From Candidatus Latescibacterota bacterium (GTDB lineage: Bacteria > Latescibacterota > UBA2968 > GCA-2709665), in assembly GCA_965219455.1 (NCBI GenBank), contig OZ244744.1, positions 5,088,001 to 5,152,000 on the forward strand: a stretch of DNA of 64,000 nt. The letters are read 5' to 3'. The notes under the pieces were generated by a model that was not told the origin of the DNA, ran no database searches, and worked only from the letters and a program-made list of their open reading frames with translations. This document shows positions 1 to 9,024 of the stretch, one piece after another; the first letter of the stretch is position 1; each line of letters opens with the position of its first letter. Made by a program: the position numbers and the translations under genes.

Positions 1-268
1 AATCAGTAGTGATTTACATGCATCGAGTAATATTTTTTGGTGAGAGAGACCTCAAGCCAATCGATTGACGTCGGACCCGTGGATGAAATCGTTGGGGTCA
101 CCCTAGTGGTTGCCCAGGTCGCGTGGTGCGGACAACCCCTACCAATAGACGGCCGTGCCATGAAGTTGCGGGCGCTGTAAGGGTACAGCGAGGCTGAGGG
201 GCGACCAGCGGGTAGCTCCAAGGGATACCACGAATCGATCAGCGGACAGCGAACGAAAAGAAACGAAC

Positions 269-771
269 ATGGACCTGGCTTCAACGGCGTTCCGCATTGC
301 GGCGGGATGCCACGACGAGGATGTGCGTACGGTGGTGGATCACCTGGTGGATTCCAATCTGTTCGGGTACGATCCACCGGGCGCCATATTGCCGCTGGGA
401 GGTGACGCGGGTCACAAGGGATACCGGTTGAGCACTATGGTCGAAAATTACTGGGCGGGACGCTGAGCGGCCAGGGGTGCGCGGCGGGCGACCGGGAGAT
501 GATCAGCAACGGCGCCCTGATCAATGCCTACGATATCGAACACTTTACGGATCTGGAGACGTTCTACGACGAAGTGGAGGGGTTGATGCGCCACGTGAAA
601 TCCAGCAGCCTCGCGCCGGGATTCAATGAAATCCTCGCACCGGGCGAGCCGGAATTCCGGACGGCGGAACGCCGCGCCACGGAGGGCATCGAGGTGGACG
701 AGACGACATGGCAGATGGTCTGCGAAATCGGCGAGGAATTTGGGGTGAATCTGGAGGGGGAGGAGAACTGA
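269..771 (+). pseudogene. Ldh_2 (malate/L-lactate dehydrogenase-like) oxidoreductase pseudogene with internal deletion and frameshift
   Basis: The N-terminal motif (VVDHLVDSNLFGYD) is joined directly to the late motif PPGAILPLGGDAGHKGY. After a frameshift near 445 the frame continues LGGTLSGQG...ILAPGEPE...GIEVDETTW, typical of the Ldh_2 C-terminus. Confidence 0.8.
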
Positions 772-1524
772 GTCTGAACATAACCCGGCGGATTATAATA
801 CACCCCGTCAACCGGCGCCCAATGCGTGGACGGATGCGAGCTTAATGACGCAGCGATATCGGTTCTTGCCGGGACCCTAGGCTCTCCTCTCCGCCCAATA
901 TACGACATTAAACTCGGAGGGGAGGTCGTCTCACTCTATATTGGCGCGTAGGGAAACTCATTCATTTGACTACGTAGAAAAGGTAGTACGGGGCAAGTAC
1001 TATTTTGGGGTCGAAAAAGGAGAGGCGTTCAGTCGGCGGCGAAAGCCTCTTGAGCGTCAAGATCGAGGTTGAGATGTTTGCGTAGGGCAGGTCTGAGTGT
1101 GGGAAGGAATCGGCATCCTTTGATTGTCCGCAAACGGGGCTGTATATCCAACAGCGCGGCTGCCAACCACCGATATCGCTGATCGGAGTTGCTCCATCGC
1201 TATACATTCCGTGTGGTCGTCGATTTCGAGTCTAATGTCCCCGCATACGTTGTTGTCCCTGAGTTCGATACGGTCCAATTTTTTTCCAACTGAGATATCG
1301 ATTCGCTGTCTTTTAATGATCGCCGATATGCGGCCACTGCAGGATCGGTTTAATCAGGCCAGTCGAAGATCGTTTCAGTATTCGTCCGAATTACTATTGT
1401 ATCAGCGATAAAGTCGTGAATGGCACGTCGTCGGCGAGCCGCTGGGCAATTTAAGTAATCGAGTAATAGCCCAAGGGCCTCGTTGTGTTACGCGAACACC
1501 TTGTCCTGGTCTCTCTCGACACCT

Positions 1525-2664
1525 TCATTGCGCCCCAACCTCCATGAAGAACCTTCTTTCCCCATCCCGAATAGTCAATATCGCCGTACTCTTGGTCGGA
1601 TGTCGGTTTTCATCATACCGCGCGATCTGAGTCGCTCCCCGGTAATCTTGCGTTGCCGTTAGCTGGTTCCGGACCACCTCTCCCTCAAAACTTCTCGCCC
1701 GTTCTACCGCCTCAGAGAGTACCCATACAGCGTCATAACTAACTGCATCCCCACCGCTGGGGGTACGTTGGTATGCGGCCACGTACGCCTCTACGAACAT
1801 CCTCGCGCCAGGTTCGGTTGACTCCGCGGAGAAGTGTCCGCTAAAGAAACTTCCTTCGACCTCGGCCAGTACCGCATCCAGAAACAACGGATTGTCCCAA
1901 GCATCAGCGCCCAGGAGGACTACAGGTGTGCCCTGGGCGTTCAGCACGGGAGCAGTTCTCGTTTCCCGGACCACGTGGGTCATATCCGAGACCAAGCCCG
2001 AAATAAAGAATACATCCGGTTCGGCTTTGGAGATCCGCCCAAGCTGTTCTGTAAAGGTGGTATCGCCGCCAGAGAAAACCTCGTTTGCGACGACCGTCCC
2101 GCCGAGCTCAGTGAAATGGGAAACAAAGAACATTGAAATACCTTCAGTATATACATCACCCTCTAGGGTCAGGACCGCCGCTACAGACTTACCCAAATCT
2201 TCCCACGCAAAACGGGCGAGAACCGCGCCCTGGAACTGATCAGTAAAAGCTGCCATAAATACGAAGTGACCCGCCCGCGTCACGTTCGGGTTAGTGGCCC
2301 CGGTCGTTATCATAGGAATCTGTGCCTGCTGAGCAACCGGCCCCACGTGAACCGCGTGGGTTGAGCGGTTGGGGCCGAGGATCGCAAAGACCCGATCATT
2401 CTGGATCATCTGTTGAGCGGCCTGGACCGCTACTGAGGCATCCACAATATTGGTTCGTGTTACCAGTTCGACTGTTCTGTCGAGCAGCCCACCGTTCGTG
2501 TTGATCTCGTCTACAGCCAATGAGGCCGCATCTGCATACGAGGAACGATCGCCGGAGACCAGGAAACCGATTCTTATTGTATCGTTGGAGATCGGGTCCT
2601 GGGACTTGGAACAGGAGAGGGACAGCGAGAGGAGACAGGCGATGTAGAAAAATCGGAAACTCAT
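1525..2664 (-). CDS. Branched-chain amino acid-type ABC substrate-binding lipoprotein (LivJ/Peripla_BP_6 family)
   Basis: Lipobox LSLSC; motifs IRIGFL, AVDEINTNGGLL, ATNPNVT, DQFQGAVLARFA, SYDAV. Confidence 0.9.
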   Translation of the reverse strand: MSFRFFYIACLLSLSLSCSKSQDPISNDTIRIGFLVSGDRSSYADAASLAVDEINTNGGLLDRTVELVTRTNIVDASVAVQAAQQMIQNDRVFAILGPNRSTHAVHVGPVAQQAQIPMITTGATNPNVTRAGHFVFMAAFTDQFQGAVLARFAWEDLGKSVAAVLTLEGDVYTEGISMFFVSHFTELGGTVVANEVFSGGDTTFTEQLGRISKAEPDVFFISGLVSDMTHVVRETRTAPVLNAQGTPVVLLGADAWDNPLFLDAVLAEVEGSFFSGHFSAESTEPGARMFVEAYVAAYQRTPSGGDAVSYDAVWVLSEAVERARSFEGEVVRNQLTATQDYRGATQIARYDENRHPTKSTAILTIRDGERRFFMEVGAQ

Positions 2665-2691
2665 TATATTTTCATTCCACCTATGATTAAT

Positions 2692-3273
2692 TCAATTGTG
2701 TCGTGTGCTGTCGCGCAACCTTCTAACCGCCGACCTACCGCCCGCCAGATCAAACTTGAATGTCCAATCAACAAGGTTCTTTATAAAGGCCCTGGGATCT
2801 TTTGGCATTTCTCTCGGAAAAGAACCCAGGTAAACAGAAAGGGTGTGGTACCGGTTTGATTGTATATCTCTCAGTATGCGTTTAGAAAAATTCGCCGGGA
2901 TCAGAATTATATTCCGGCCATTCTTGGTTTCGGTAAATACCTCAGGAACTACACAAACTCGATCTCTACCTTTCTGTTTACCACTCATTCTAAAAGCCAC
3001 GTCTTGTTGAGAGGATTCAGGGCGTTCGCCAGCTAGAAAACGAGTCTTGGGATACTCAATCGCGACAACGGTGGTTAAAAGTAACAGAGAACAATTTACC
3101 GTGTCACTGTGTCCAAAGTGCCAATTGCGATAAGTGGGTGCAATTTCACCCTTCCGCTCTAATACAGTAAAACCCTCAAACGGTGAACGTACTTGACTTA
3201 TCTGCCAAATAGACGAATAACCCGCCGCGCAACTGCCCAGCATTACCATCAAGATGAGAAAAGATTTCCTCAT
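2692..3273 (-). CDS. Hypothetical secreted protein or lipoprotein
   Basis: Open frame in an AT-richer segment. ATG after GAGG gives a signal-like N-terminus, MRKSFLILMVMLGSC. Confidence 0.6.
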   Translation of the reverse strand: MRKSFLILMVMLGSCAAGYSSIWQISQVRSPFEGFTVLERKGEIAPTYRNWHFGHSDTVNCSLLLLTTVVAIEYPKTRFLAGERPESSQQDVAFRMSGKQKGRDRVCVVPEVFTETKNGRNIILIPANFSKRILRDIQSNRYHTLSVYLGSFPREMPKDPRAFIKNLVDWTFKFDLAGGRSAVRRLRDSTRHN

Positions 3274-3300
3274 AACCTCTATCCACAAGTGCGCGAACAC

Positions 3301-4047
3301 TTATCGTGCTCGAATCTTATCAATCGCGTATTGTGCCATACGTCGATTTAGATATTTTCGACCACCGAACCCGGTTAATGTGTCCTTAGTGGCAATTTGT
3401 CTCAAAATAGGTATGGTTGTCGAATCGCCAAACGTAGCCAAGGCAAAACAATATGTGCCCTTATACACATATCGTTCTAAATTCTCCATAAGCATGCGTC
3501 TTATCAACTTTATCTGTGATTCACTAAACAAAGACGGTTTACTCATGTACATTCTGACCAAAGTGTGACCCGCTGTACCACGTGTACGTAATTGATCATA
3601 TTGTAGGTAAGTTATCACACTGTCAACAGCAGAGTCCATTTTAGCCAAGCCAATGTGCGCAGTCCCAATTGACTTTCGAATCGCCCTTAATAGAATCGAC
3701 TTGGATCCAGGGTCTCCAATCTTACCCAAAAACCCCACCAGGCTAAGGGCGTATTCTCCTTCACATTCACCAGAACGTTCTTCTTTGTCCAGAAGCTGTG
3801 TAAGTTTAGCGTGTACGGCAGGAACAGCCACACGAACAGATTCAATACCTTTCTCTTGTAAGACAATATCCAGACGGGCCATCACACGACTCGAAGCCTG
3901 ACAGTCGCCATGCTCTATGGTATAGAGTTCAACTTGTGTAACGGGGGTTATTGGTATGTGTCCAATTACCGGGTCTGAGAAATGATGATCACCGAAAACT
4001 AACGTTGGGACGAATAATAGATACCACATCACGATAAGTAAACGCAT
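3301..4047 (-). CDS. Secreted hypothetical protein with HEAT-like helical repeats
   Basis: Strong RBS (AGGAGGGG) and signal peptide; HEAT-like segments FLGKIGDPGSKSILL and ALATFGDSTTIPIL. Confidence 0.65.
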   Translation of the reverse strand: MRLLIVMWYLLFVPTLVFGDHHFSDPVIGHIPITPVTQVELYTIEHGDCQASSRVMARLDIVLQEKGIESVRVAVPAVHAKLTQLLDKEERSGECEGEYALSLVGFLGKIGDPGSKSILLRAIRKSIGTAHIGLAKMDSAVDSVITYLQYDQLRTRGTAGHTLVRMYMSKPSLFSESQIKLIRRMLMENLERYVYKGTYCFALATFGDSTTIPILRQIATKDTLTGFGGRKYLNRRMAQYAIDKIRAR

Positions 4048-4116
4048 CTCGCCCCTCCTCTTTGCTACCGATTAGCTAACCTCAACACTGGAGTTACCCC
4101 GGTTTAGCGGACGGTT

Positions 4117-4641
4117 TTACTCCACACACTTCCCGTCCGGCTTGTTCACCTTGTTCCACGCGTCGACAAACTGGTCAGCTAGACTGCGCACGGTAGACAT
4201 GACAGAGCCGCTCCTGCCCTCATGTTTCTCAAACGTCCCGATCCGCTAGGTTTGCGCGAAGTTCAACTGCCCGGAAAGGGGTTCGTTAACCCACTTTTTC
4301 AATTCAACGGGAACGCTGAACGCGTCTCCTTTCACATTGACATCCACATATAGGTGCGGGAAGAAAACCACGGACCCCTCGGGGAACCCGAAATAACCGG
4401 ATTGATACAGGCCGGCGGCGCGCAGTCTGGATTCCACCGCGGCGATAATCTCCTTTCTCTTGAGACCTGCTTCCTCCTCATCAAGCGACTTGTGCTCAAC
4501 CACGAGAGCAACGCCCACGCATTTTGTGTACAGTTTGAACTCTTCTATCGAACCCTTGGTCTTGGCACTCTTATCAGACGCCGCACAAACACCTGCAGCG
4601 ATCGCTACCAGCGCAACGACAAACACGACTCGCGCTTTCAT
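4117..4641 (-). pseudogene. Secreted hypothetical protein interrupted by an in-frame TAG at 4246-4248
   Basis: Signal peptide MKARVVFVVALVAIAAGVCAA. After the TAG the frame stays open for 42 more codons (RIGTFEKHEG...LADQFVDAWNKVN...CVE) to TAA at 4117. Confidence 0.6.
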
Positions 4642-4801
4642 ATTCAAATCCCTCTGAAGTCAGATGAAGCAAGTCCTTCCGCGAGAACCGTATAGAATTC
4701 ACGAAGGCAGGGCCAAGAAGCCGCAGGTGAGTAAAACGAAAGGCGTCTGTGCGACAATTGGTGGCGTTTTTTTGGAAGATCGAGAGAAGATGCTTCGGGT
4801 C

Positions 4802-4848
4802 TTAATCAGCTTTTAATCCTGGTCAATCGTGGTCAATCCTGGTCCGGG
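4802..4848. repeat. Intergenic AATC-periodic REP-like repeat, copy 1
   Basis: ttaatcagcttttAATCctggtcAATCgtggtcAATCctggtccggg; same frame as 6229-6273. Confidence 0.55.
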
Positions 4849-4875
4849 TGTTGATGTTGCATCTGGCCGAAACGC

Positions 4876-6081
4876 CTACTCCCGCCCTTCCCGTCTGTCG
4901 ACAATGTCGTGCGCAAGGTTGCCGGATAACTCATTCTCCGCCAATTGGATACGATCCGCTTTTTGTCCAATAAAGATGCCGATTCGCTGTTGACCCGTTG
5001 GTGCATTGCCGATGCGGTTGTTGACGAAGGTCAGGTCGCGGGTTTCTCCCAGGATGCGGATGCCGCAGCCGTCGGCTCCGGTTCCGTTGTCCAGTATTTC
5101 GTTCTTCTCAAAGTAATTCCGATGGCCCGCCATCGGTTCGGATTCGTCGCGGAAGAGGACGCCCTCGTTTCCGTTTCCGATGGCGCGGTTATTGGAGAAG
5201 GTGTTGTCCGTGTCCTTGTGGCCGATGGAGATGCCAGTCTCGCCGTTGTCCAGGAGAGCGTTGTTTTCAAAACGCCCATTCCTGACCCGCCAGCAGAGGA
5301 AAAGGCCGATGCGGCCGTTCCCGATCGACCGGCAGTTGCGGATGGTGGGTGACCCGCTTCCGCTGCCGGGGTGAAGGCCCAGTTGGGTATTCCCATTGCA
5401 GACGCAGTCTTCCACCGACACATCGTTGCTCTGCTGGAAGCTGATCCCGTCGCCGTTGAAGTCTTCAACCGTGCAGCGGGCAATTCGTGCTCCGTGGCTT
5501 CGATACAGGAAGATGCCGGCACCCCTGCAACCGTTGAGGTAGGGGTTGTTTTGTTTGTTGCCCTGAATCGCCAGATGTTCGATTACCGCGCCTTCGACGC
5601 CATAGCCGCTGATGACCGGGAACGTTGTCGCCGCGTGTGCGTTTCGGGAGACGAGGTAGTCGCCCAGCATGGGCTTGTTGGTGCCGAATGTGTTGCCTTG
5701 TGCCCATATCAGTGTGCAGACGGCGGTGTGAAATCCGCCCGAACTGTCGTCCGTAACGCTGACCCCGTAGCCCGGCGCGAACCCGGTGGGGGAGGCAACG
5801 GTGATCTGTTCCTCGCCATAGTCGCCATCCAGGACAAGCGGACTCTCGGCGGCGTCTGCCTTAAAAAGAACGGATTCTTTCCCGCGCCCGCGGATTGTGA
5901 CACAGTCTCTCAGGTGGAGCGAGTTCCGCATCGTGTAGGTTCCGGGGCCGACCTCTACGGTGCCGCCGCCCAGACCCGCGATATAATCGACGGCAGCCTG
6001 AAGGGCCGTGTTGTCACTGCCGATAATATCGGCTGCGGCATGACCGACGGTGACGCTGGGAGTACGACGTTGGAAAGCCAT
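4876..6081 (-). CDS. Right-handed parallel beta-helix (pectin lyase fold) protein
   Basis: N-terminal DNTALQAAVD..GGGTVEVGPGTY, followed by Asn/Gly-rich beta-helix repeats. Confidence 0.85.
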   Translation of the reverse strand: MAFQRRTPSVTVGHAAADIIGSDNTALQAAVDYIAGLGGGTVEVGPGTYTMRNSLHLRDCVTIRGRGKESVLFKADAAESPLVLDGDYGEEQITVASPTGFAPGYGVSVTDDSSGGFHTAVCTLIWAQGNTFGTNKPMLGDYLVSRNAHAATTFPVISGYGVEGAVIEHLAIQGNKQNNPYLNGCRGAGIFLYRSHGARIARCTVEDFNGDGISFQQSNDVSVEDCVCNGNTQLGLHPGSGSGSPTIRNCRSIGNGRIGLFLCWRVRNGRFENNALLDNGETGISIGHKDTDNTFSNNRAIGNGNEGVLFRDESEPMAGHRNYFEKNEILDNGTGADGCGIRILGETRDLTFVNNRIGNAPTGQQRIGIFIGQKADRIQLAENELSGNLAHDIVDRREGRE

Positions 6082-6228
6082 CGCGATGCCTCTGCTGTTT
6101 TTGGTTGGGTTGATCCGATCCTCGAAACCGATCGGGCTTATTCAAGATGAACACCCCATCTCATCAAGTCGCCCTCACTCACTTAAGGCCTTCCCCAAAA
6201 TCACATCAAACAAGGTCTCTCTATGGCA

Positions 6229-6273
6229 TTTAATCAGCCTTTAATCACACCAATCACACGAATCACAGTCCGG
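6229..6273. repeat. Intergenic AATC-periodic REP-like repeat, copy 2
   Basis: ttaatcagcctttAATCacaccAATCacacgAATCacagtccggg. Confidence 0.55.
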
Positions 6274-6291
6274 GCTGGGTGGCGATGTCGA

Positions 6292-7326
6292 TTACCGGAT
6301 CCTGATATCGTATTTCCCGGGTACGGTAACCGGAAGATCCTGGTTGTCGATCATCCGATGCAGCGGTGAGGGTCCCGATGCGAGCGGAAAGGTAACCGTG
6401 TCGCGGATGCGGGCGGATTCATAGATGGCCATGAGTATCTCAATGACGGTGCGGTTCTTGCGGATGGCGCAACGGTGCTCGCTGACGCGGCCTTCCATCC
6501 AGTCCACGAGTTCCACCGCCTGTGCGACGCCCACGTCGATGGAATCGGTCGAATCGAGGTCCTGCGATCCTTCGCCATTGAGCAATTGCGCCTTCCGAGG
6601 TCCGACGACGAGGGTGCCCTCCGTTCCGTGCAGTGCCATCGCGCCATAGGGGGGAGCCGGCTCGGGCGCATCGCTTTCAATCAGGATGCGCGCGCCGTTT
6701 TTAAGCGCGACGATTCCCGCGCAGAGATCTTCGATAGGTTCGTGGCGTTCGTGGCGGTCGGTGTGTCGCGCCACCTGGCCGATCGCCCAGACGGGTGCGG
6801 GATCATCCATCAGGTATTGCGCGATGTCGACAAGGTGGCTGCCGTTGTTGAGCAGGCCGCCCGTCGTGTTTCCGTGAAAGAGTCCGGGCTGCCCGATAGC
6901 GCCTCCCGACACCAGTTCCCGGCCCTTCTCGCATGCGCCGCGGAACCGCTGGTGATGACCCACGGCGACGCGGGTGCCGGCTCTTTCTGCGGCGTACAGG
7001 ATGCGGTCGACTTCCTCGAGGCTGCCGGCCAGCGGTTTTTCACACAGGATGCCGCCAATGCCGGCCTCCGCCGCGGAGACGGCGATTTCCGCGTGGGTAT
7101 TCATCCACGTACAGATGCTGATAATGTCGAGATTGCCCTTGCTGAACATGTCCGGATAACGGGTATACCGGTTCCGGATGCCGAATTCATCCGCACGGCT
7201 GTTCGCGGCCTGTTCGCTGATGTCCGCGATGCAGGTCAGGTCGACGTCGGGATGGGCCTGCCATGCGTTGATGTGTCTGCGGGAAATACTTCCGGCGCCC
7301 ACCACACCGGCACGAAGAGATGCCAT
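6292..7326 (-). CDS. Gfo/Idh/MocA family oxidoreductase
   Basis: GVVGAGSIS Rossmann motif, LCEKPLA, GGLLNNGSH. RBS AAGGA precedes ATG 7326. Confidence 0.92.
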   Translation of the reverse strand: MASLRAGVVGAGSISRRHINAWQAHPDVDLTCIADISEQAANSRADEFGIRNRYTRYPDMFSKGNLDIISICTWMNTHAEIAVSAAEAGIGGILCEKPLAGSLEEVDRILYAAERAGTRVAVGHHQRFRGACEKGRELVSGGAIGQPGLFHGNTTGGLLNNGSHLVDIAQYLMDDPAPVWAIGQVARHTDRHERHEPIEDLCAGIVALKNGARILIESDAPEPAPPYGAMALHGTEGTLVVGPRKAQLLNGEGSQDLDSTDSIDVGVAQAVELVDWMEGRVSEHRCAIRKNRTVIEILMAIYESARIRDTVTFPLASGPSPLHRMIDNQDLPVTVPGKYDIRIR

Positions 7327-7381
7327 AGCGTTCCTTTCAGTTTTGTCGTACACGAATTAGAATCACAGACCGCCAATTCGC

Positions 7382-7411
7382 TTGACGGGCCGCCTCCGGC
7401 GCTGTTATCAT
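7382..7411 (+). promoter_or_regulatory. Sigma70-type promoter upstream of the M24 peptidase
   Basis: TTGACG-N18-TATCAT with extended -10 TG. Confidence 0.55.
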
Positions 7412-7450
7412 ACGACAGAAACCGAATTCTGAACAGAAAAACAACCCGGC

Positions 7451-7509
7451 TAACATTCCGTTGATAAAGTTGCTCCGCAGACCGGATGGACTTTTTCAAC
7501 GGGATGCTA
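7451..7509. mobile_element. MITE-like element family A, short copy
   Basis: Imperfect TIRs taacattccgttgataaag / ctttttcaacgggatgcta. Both ends match 48996-49128 in reverse orientation. Confidence 0.7.
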
Positions 7510-7674
7510 ATGTTCTGTCCCGAAAATAGGTTGCCTAAATTCGGCCGACGAGTCGCCCGTCTCGCAAGGCGCCTGAGCGCAGCCGACCTGCGTAAGGTCT
7601 GCGAGCGAAGGAAACGCAGCGAGTCGGGATGAATCGGCGGGAGAATGGTGAGATATTTTTGGGACAGAACACTA
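7508..7674. mobile_element. MITE-like element family B, long copy
   Basis: TIRs tgttctgtcccgaaaata / tatttttgggacagaaca (17/18), flanked by TA. Ends match 52902-52997. Confidence 0.75.
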
Positions 7675-7692
7675 CGGAAAGGAGTCCCTATC

Positions 7693-8832
7693 ATGTTGAC
7701 ACCGGAAGGCTGCAGGCACCGGCAGAACAGGCTGCGCGCAAAACTGAACGCAGATCGAATTGACGCAATCGTGTTTTCGGATCATATCGAAATCTACTAT
7801 CTGACGGGACTGCTGCTGTCAGGTTATCCCGCGTTCTATTTCCCGGCCTTCCTGTTCCTCGAGACGAATGGCGGTTCCTGGCTGGCGGCGCATACGGAGG
7901 AGGGCGACGCGCTGGTGGACGACCGGATCACCTACGAATGGCACCGTATGAGTACGATGAATCCCGATCCCCTCCGTCTGCTCAACAGGGTCGTGGCGGC
8001 GAGACTGAGCGGCGGGAAGCCGGTCTCCCGCATCGGGTGGCAACAGGAGGGCCTTGAGAGGCTGCTGGCGGAGACGGTGGACGCTACGCTGTTTCCCGAT
8101 ACCTGGGTGCCCGTTGATGATTTGCTGGCGGACCTGCACAAGCGGAAAGAATCCGACGAAGTCTCATTGTTGCGGAAGAGCATCGAGGTCGATCTGGCGG
8201 CGTATACGCGGGCACAGGAAGTGATTGAACCGGGGGTTAGCGAACTGGACGTGCTGGCCGAGGCGCAGCAGGCGGCGATGAGGGCCGCGGGGGAGGTGGT
8301 CTACCACGGGGGCGACTATCAGGCCGGCGTCATTGGCGGGACGGCGAGGGATCGGAAGATAGAGGCGGGCGAACTTTACATCATCGACGCCCAGTCCACA
8401 TATCGCGGATACTGGTCGGATCTGGCGCGGACCTTTGCGGTCGGCGGGGAGCCCACGGATCTGCAGATGTCGGTCTACGAGCACCTTGCTGGAATCCTGG
8501 AGGAAGTTTCAGGTCTGGTCCGCCCGGGGGGAAGCGCCACGGCGCTCTGGAACACGATCGACGCGCGCATTCGTGAACACGCTCACCTGGCGGATATCGG
8601 GTTGATCCACCATGGCGGCCACGGCGTGGGGCTGCGGCCCCATGAAGCGCCGGACATCAATCGCGACCGCGACGCGATTTTCGAAGTTGGAGACGTGTTT
8701 TCCTGCGAGCCCGGGGCATACAGTAACGACCTGCGTTCGGGAATCCGCCTGGAGAACACCTTCGTGATTAGGCCCTCAGGCGTGGAAACGCTGTCTGAGT
8801 ATCCCTTGAATCTCGTACCGGTCAAGGTGTAA
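7693..8832 (+). CDS. M24 Xaa-Pro aminopeptidase family protein
   Basis: IIDAQ, GYWSDLART, HHGGHGVGLRPHEAP, EPGAY and GIRLE motifs; RBS AAGGAG. Confidence 0.92.
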   Translation: MLTPEGCRHRQNRLRAKLNADRIDAIVFSDHIEIYYLTGLLLSGYPAFYFPAFLFLETNGGSWLAAHTEEGDALVDDRITYEWHRMSTMNPDPLRLLNRVVAARLSGGKPVSRIGWQQEGLERLLAETVDATLFPDTWVPVDDLLADLHKRKESDEVSLLRKSIEVDLAAYTRAQEVIEPGVSELDVLAEAQQAAMRAAGEVVYHGGDYQAGVIGGTARDRKIEAGELYIIDAQSTYRGYWSDLARTFAVGGEPTDLQMSVYEHLAGILEEVSGLVRPGGSATALWNTIDARIREHAHLADIGLIHHGGHGVGLRPHEAPDINRDRDAIFEVGDVFSCEPGAYSNDLRSGIRLENTFVIRPSGVETLSEYPLNLVPVKV

Positions 8833-9024
8833 TGTGCTTGGCGATAGGACCTTACGGACGAGGACCAGGGAAATGGAGGTCCAGGGCCGGTCGCGTGCAA
8901 TTTCAGTTGACTTCCGTACGTCGACCGGCCTAATTCTAACGGGGCCGTTGATTGCCTCGGCTCCGCCTATTGCAAGCCAGAACGTGGGTTACAACTGCGG
9001 CGTTTCAGATCGCCGGGGGCTACC

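Noticed and set aside
1-268. ORF 3-377 (minus) and left-edge sequence
   Set aside because: No motifs, it overlaps the Ldh_2 remnant, and it cannot be interpreted without upstream sequence.
4246-4248. Genome-wide TAG recoding or pyrrolysine
   Set aside because: TAG terminates conserved genes at the expected positions in this window, and no pyl genes are seen.
4802-4848. Short tandem repeats as a possible CRISPR array
   Set aside because: The units are 9-10 bp with no unique spacers, and there are no cas genes.
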